Source of the DNA: Candidatus Brocadiia bacterium
GTDB lineage: Bacteria; Planctomycetota; Brocadiia; SM23-32
Assembly: GCA_046538485.1 (NCBI GenBank)
Contig: JBKHIT010000004.1
Span: forward strand, 101,875-165,874
Reading direction: 5' to 3'
Length of the DNA stretch: 64,000 bases
Shown here: piece by piece, positions 59,976 through 64,000 of the stretch
Layout: every line of letters starts with the position of its first letter
Position numbering within the stretch: position 1 is the first letter of the stretch
The notes under the pieces: generated by a model
What the model was told of the DNA's origin: nothing
Databases searched by the model: none
What the model saw: only the letters and a program-made list of their open reading frames with translations
Translations under genes and position numbers: made by a program

Positions 59976-60350
59976 TTGAATAAGAAAGAACTTAAAGAAT
60001 TTCGCGGTATGCTCACAGAACTTCGAAAACGCCTTGCGGATAATGTAAATCATATGCATTCTGAGGCTCTTCAAGAAAATAGCGAGGGCGGTAATGAGCT
60101 TTCCGATATGCCTCTGGAACATCTCGCCGACAGGGGGTCTGAAACATTTGCGCGCGATTTGATGATAAGCATACTCCAGAGCAGCGAAGCTCAACTTGTG
60201 GATATCGACGACGCCCTTGAAAAAATCGATAATGATCAGTACGGCGTTTGCGAAGAATGCGGAGGCGAAATTCGTAAGGCGCGATTGAAAGCTCTCCCTT
60301 TCGCGCGCCTGTGCATCAAGTGCAAAGAATCGGAAGAAAGCGCCGGCTGA
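59976..60350 (+). CDS. TraR/DksA C4 zinc-finger protein
   Basis: H.AD, ALEKI...YG.CEECG, RL.A.P....C..C. Confidence 0.92.
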   Translation: MNKKELKEFRGMLTELRKRLADNVNHMHSEALQENSEGGNELSDMPLEHLADRGSETFARDLMISILQSSEAQLVDIDDALEKIDNDQYGVCEECGGEIRKARLKALPFARLCIKCKESEESAG

Positions 60351-60383
60351 GCCGCCCCCATCTTTCCTCAAAGGTTATTCGTC

Positions 60384-60917
60384 GTGAATACCGCTGAAGA
60401 CAATTCTATTATGAGCCGGGTGATTGGCGGCTTGCGGAATTATTTTTGGGCGGCAACAACGGTGGTAACTGCGATTGACCAGTTGACAAAACTTGCGTTC
60501 GTGGGGCAAAATGCCCGCCATATAAAGATCTTACCCGGTTTTCTCGAAATCGTCCCAACCAGCTACAACGAACGTGGGGCCTTCTCTCTCGGTCCGAATA
60601 GCGCCCTATTCTACATAATCGCAACCGCAGTCGGCTTGGTTTTGATAGGCTGGTTTTTTGTCACAACACCCGCCGAGCGGCGGCTTCCATTCATCGCTTT
60701 CGGCCTTATCGCCGGCGGAGCCGTAGGCAATTTAATCGACCGTACAATACTCGGGGCAGTTCGTGATTTTATTTTCATGCACTGGCTTGATAAAGCGCAG
60801 TGGCCCGTTTACAACCTGGCAGATGCAGCAATTTGTATCGGAGTGGCTTTGATTTTTTTTGAACTTATATTCGGCACCGCCGAGCAAGCAGATGAAGCCG
60901 ATGAAATGTCGGAGTAG
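60384..60917 (+). CDS. lspA: Lipoprotein signal peptidase II
   Basis: DQLTK, N.GAFS, GGA.GNLIDR, V.DF, YN.AD..I. Confidence 0.95.
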   Translation: MNTAEDNSIMSRVIGGLRNYFWAATTVVTAIDQLTKLAFVGQNARHIKILPGFLEIVPTSYNERGAFSLGPNSALFYIIATAVGLVLIGWFFVTTPAERRLPFIAFGLIAGGAVGNLIDRTILGAVRDFIFMHWLDKAQWPVYNLADAAICIGVALIFFELIFGTAEQADEADEMSE

Positions 60918-61047
60918 TTTTTCGACTGGTATATGCCACATCGGTTCCTTAAAATAGAAAACAATGGCCATTTTGGCTCTGCTTGCGCGAGAAAAATTCA
61001 TACACATTTGAACATTCCAAACCGGGTATTTACGAGGAAACACAAGT

Positions 61048-62730
61048 ATGGCTGAATTGGAAATACTAACAGGTCCGGGAGCCGGAACCGTTCATCAGCT
61101 TTCCAAGACTACCACGTTGGGGCGGAGTGCGCGAGCCGATATTCAGATCGACGATCAGGCCTTATCGCGGAAACACGCCCAACTGGTACGAGATGAAAAA
61201 GGTGGTTTCATCCTGCAGGATCTCGGCAGTCACAATGGTACGTACGTCAATTCAACACGTATTAGAAGCTGTGCGTTGCACGAAGGTGACCGTTTACGCG
61301 CCGGACGAACATCTTTCGTCTTTCGCAGCGGCAAAAGTACCACCATGATGGAGAATTCGGAAGAAACGGGACTCAACATCTTCGAAGAAGCCGACACCAG
61401 CAGCACCGTGGTCGACACCCTTGCTGTGGACTCAGTTGGAACCGAAAAAGAGACACGAGCCACAGTCACCACACAAATGTCCAATAGCTACAGGGCGTTG
61501 CGGGTACTGATGAATATGTTCCGATCGATCGGTATCGGGGTCGATGAAAACGAATTGCTGGAGAAAATTCTCGATACCCTGTTTGAGGTCTTCCCGGATA
61601 CCGACCGCGGGTTCATCATTCTCCGCGATCCGGTGACCGAAGAATTGCGGCCTGCTGCTATCCGGCAACCGGGCGGAGAACCCAACAACCGGCTTTCCAT
61701 CAGCCGGACATTGCTTCAGTACGTTCTGGAGAAAAAACAGACCGTTCTCACAACCGATGCAATGCAAGATGGGCGGTTTCAGACCAGCGAGACGATCATG
61801 GACCTCGAGCTGCGTTCGGTAATGTGCGCACCACTGAAACACGAAGATAATGTTCTGGGTTTCATATCGCTCGACACACAAACCGTTACCGACAGTTATA
61901 ATAAAGAAGCCCTGGGTATGCTCGCTGCCCTTGCCAACTTTGCAAGCCTTGCCATCGCCAATGCTCGCCTTCACAACGATCTGGTCCTGCAGGAACGTGT
62001 CGAACAGGAGCTGAAAAACGCTCACAGAATTCAATACAGCTTTCTCCCCCAGGAAGTCCCGCAATTGGGCACTTATTCGTTCGCCCACCGTTACACTCCC
62101 GCCCATCAGGTCGGAGGTGATTTCTACGACTACGTCCCTCTCCCCGAGAATCAGCTCGGTGTGGCTATCGGCGACGTAAGCGGAAAGGGAGTTCCGGCTG
62201 CCCTATTGATGGCAAAACTTACGGGGAATATCCGATATCTTGCGGCCAGCGGCCTTCCCCCTGGAGAACTCGTCAAAGAAGTAAATAAAGCCATGCGACA
62301 ATCGGGAACTGATCTCTTCGTCACATTCCTGTACATCGTTATCGATTCCGATTCCCATAAACTTACAATTGCCAACGCCGCTCATTGCCCACCTTACATT
62401 AAAAGCGAGAATGGAAGCATAGAGAGAATTGAATGCGAGCCGGGGCTGCCGGCGGGTGTCCTGGAGGGAACCGAATATGAACAAACAGAACTGGAAATTA
62501 CTGCAGGAGACCGGATTTGCCTCTACACCGACGGGATTATTGAAGCGATGGACGACGGGAAAAATCCTTTCGGTGATGAACGCCTTGCCGAAGCTCTCCG
62601 TCAATCGGGACCCCGAATCGCTGAAATCGCCGAAAACATCGAAGATTCTGTCGTGTCATTTGTTGGCAATGCCGAACAACACGATGATATGACGCTTGTG
62701 TGTTTTGGTCAAGATCACATTGGCCAATAA
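61048..62730 (+). CDS. FHA-GAF-SpoIIE (PP2C) Ser/Thr phosphatase
   Basis: FHA GR/SR.H/NGT; GAF RSVMCAPL; PP2C GGDFYD, GDVSGKG, YTDG, DD.T. Confidence 0.93.
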   Translation: MAELEILTGPGAGTVHQLSKTTTLGRSARADIQIDDQALSRKHAQLVRDEKGGFILQDLGSHNGTYVNSTRIRSCALHEGDRLRAGRTSFVFRSGKSTTMMENSEETGLNIFEEADTSSTVVDTLAVDSVGTEKETRATVTTQMSNSYRALRVLMNMFRSIGIGVDENELLEKILDTLFEVFPDTDRGFIILRDPVTEELRPAAIRQPGGEPNNRLSISRTLLQYVLEKKQTVLTTDAMQDGRFQTSETIMDLELRSVMCAPLKHEDNVLGFISLDTQTVTDSYNKEALGMLAALANFASLAIANARLHNDLVLQERVEQELKNAHRIQYSFLPQEVPQLGTYSFAHRYTPAHQVGGDFYDYVPLPENQLGVAIGDVSGKGVPAALLMAKLTGNIRYLAASGLPPGELVKEVNKAMRQSGTDLFVTFLYIVIDSDSHKLTIANAAHCPPYIKSENGSIERIECEPGLPAGVLEGTEYEQTELEITAGDRICLYTDGIIEAMDDGKNPFGDERLAEALRQSGPRIAEIAENIEDSVVSFVGNAEQHDDMTLVCFGQDHIGQ

Positions 62731-62819
62731 CTCTTAACATATTTCCTGCAGGTCAGCGCCCCCGTCTCCCCGATTTACACCCGGCAGTTAAAAGAGTCCC
62801 CCAATCGCTCGACAGATTT

Positions 62820-63482
62820 TTATGCCGGCGAAATCTTGACCCGGCGGTCCTCCACAACAAGACGTTCCCGCGCAAAAAGATTTATGGCTTCTGGATAGGC
62901 TTCAAGTTCTTTCTCAAAAACGCGGTCCGCCAGAGAATGTATATCATCATACTCTTCAACAGCGACCGTTTTCTGCACGATAATAGGGCCGTGATCGTAA
63001 ACGTTATCAGCGAAATGTACGGTGCATCCCGTTACTTTGCACCCGTATTCCAAGACCGCCCGATGGACCCGATCTCCGTAATAGCCCTCCCCACCGAAAG
63101 AAGGAAGCAATGCGGGATGAATATTCATTACTTTACCAAGATAGCGCTCGGGCATTTGATAAAAACACATAAAACCCGCCATCGCCACAAGATCACACTC
63201 GCTACGATCTAACTCTTTCGAGATTGCCTCTCCGTACGACTCACGGTCCTCGTAATTTTTCCGCTCCAGCACTGCCGTCGGCACGTCAGCCTTTTTAGCT
63301 CTCTCCAAACCGTAGGCCTCTGGCTGGCTCGAAATAACCTTTACAACATCCGCCGCCAGGTCCCCGCTTTCAGACAGATCCAAAAAATTCTGTAACGTTC
63401 GTCCCCCACCCGAAATAAGAACACCCAGTTTGACTCGTGACACAATATAAATCTCCCGCTGTTTGATCCTTTGCGAATCCAA
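62820..63482 (-). CDS. purN: Phosphoribosylglycinamide formyltransferase
   Basis: LISG.G, AGFM, NIHPALLP.F.G, G.TVHF, D.GPII.Q; the true start may be a few codons downstream. Confidence 0.95.
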   Translation of the reverse strand: MDSQRIKQREIYIVSRVKLGVLISGGGRTLQNFLDLSESGDLAADVVKVISSQPEAYGLERAKKADVPTAVLERKNYEDRESYGEAISKELDRSECDLVAMAGFMCFYQMPERYLGKVMNIHPALLPSFGGEGYYGDRVHRAVLEYGCKVTGCTVHFADNVYDHGPIIVQKTVAVEEYDDIHSLADRVFEKELEAYPEAINLFARERLVVEDRRVKISPA

Positions 63483-63632
63483 TGTCGGATTTTATTATCC
63501 CCCAGCCCAACTGTCAAAAAAACATGCAGTGCGTGCCCTTCCATGAACAGCCCACAAGGCCTTTACGCAATGCATTGGGCGGTTGCCAATTCGAAACACC
63601 ATCGGCAAGCCGCAAACATTGGACGTTGAACA

Positions 63633-63956
63633 GGCTCCCTGTGGGGTGCCTCTCCGCTCGTCTCTGGCTCGGGTGCTGCGGCGGGTGTTTCCGTCGTCAT
63701 CGGTCTCCTCCACCGGCATCTCCAGCCACATCTCGATGAGTTCCAGAACGGCCCCATCACTGATGCGGCGAGATACTGACTTCATCAGCTCCCGATGCGG
63801 AATACTGTCAAAATACCCGCTCAGGTCCGCATCGACCACGTCCGTGTGGCCTCGGCTTACCAGTCGATGCACCTGCTGAACTGCCTGTTTGGCGCTGTGT
63901 CCGGGCCTATACCCGTGCTGCTGCGGATGTAAATCCGCCTCAAAGATCGGCTGCAG
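63633..63956 (-). pseudogene. Group II intron reverse transcriptase internal fragment
   Basis: LQPIFEADL...GYRPG.SA..A, VVDADLSGYFDSIPH..L, ...GTPQG; homology starts abruptly and ends before YADD. Confidence 0.88.
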
Positions 63957-64000
63957 CCCGCTTCCGGCATCTATACTGAACCTCAGGCACCTTTCCTCCG

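Noticed and set aside
63495..63956. Active retron, DGR or intact group II intron
   Set aside because: The RT fragment lacks YADD and its N-terminus, and no template/variable repeat pair or msr-msd structure is visible.
1..64000. CRISPR array or cas genes
   Set aside because: No regularly spaced direct repeats with unique spacers and no Cas motifs were seen; the repeats found are inverted or low-complexity.

Overview
A 64-kb bacterial chromosomal segment, most likely from Planctomycetota. This is inferred from the prepilin/H-X9-DG proteins, a Zn-ribbon SpoVG, planctomycete-type vWA proteins and several sulfatases. It has four blocks. (1) 1-3.8 kb: a partial STAS-MlaE gene, tRNA-Leu(TAA) and tRNA-Cys(GCA) separated by a lone prepilin-type gene, a gene remnant, and a TMEM43/LUMA homologue. 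(2) 4.1-20.7 kb: a tightly coupled eight-gene MoxR AAA+/vWA operon led by two paralogous, probably exported, repeat proteins of unknown function. (3) 21-52.4 kb: an accessory carbohydrate region with three intact sulfatases, two GH29 fucosidases, three Gfo/Idh/MocA enzymes, two TIM-barrel isomerases, DUF1080, two URO-D-like proteins, a GH13_18 phosphorylase, LacI, a second prepilin gene, MscS and a Coa1-like/vWA fusion. It also holds many gene remnants and several small repeat/MITE families. (4) 52.4-64 kb: housekeeping genes (ilvN, ilvB, spoVG, ispE, rsmD, lpxI with a homopolymer frameshift, proA, ftsB-like, dksA-like, lspA, FHA-GAF-PP2C, purN) and a group II intron RT fragment. No CRISPR array, rRNA, intact transposase or integrase was seen. 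All family calls come from motif recognition by eye; no database search was run.
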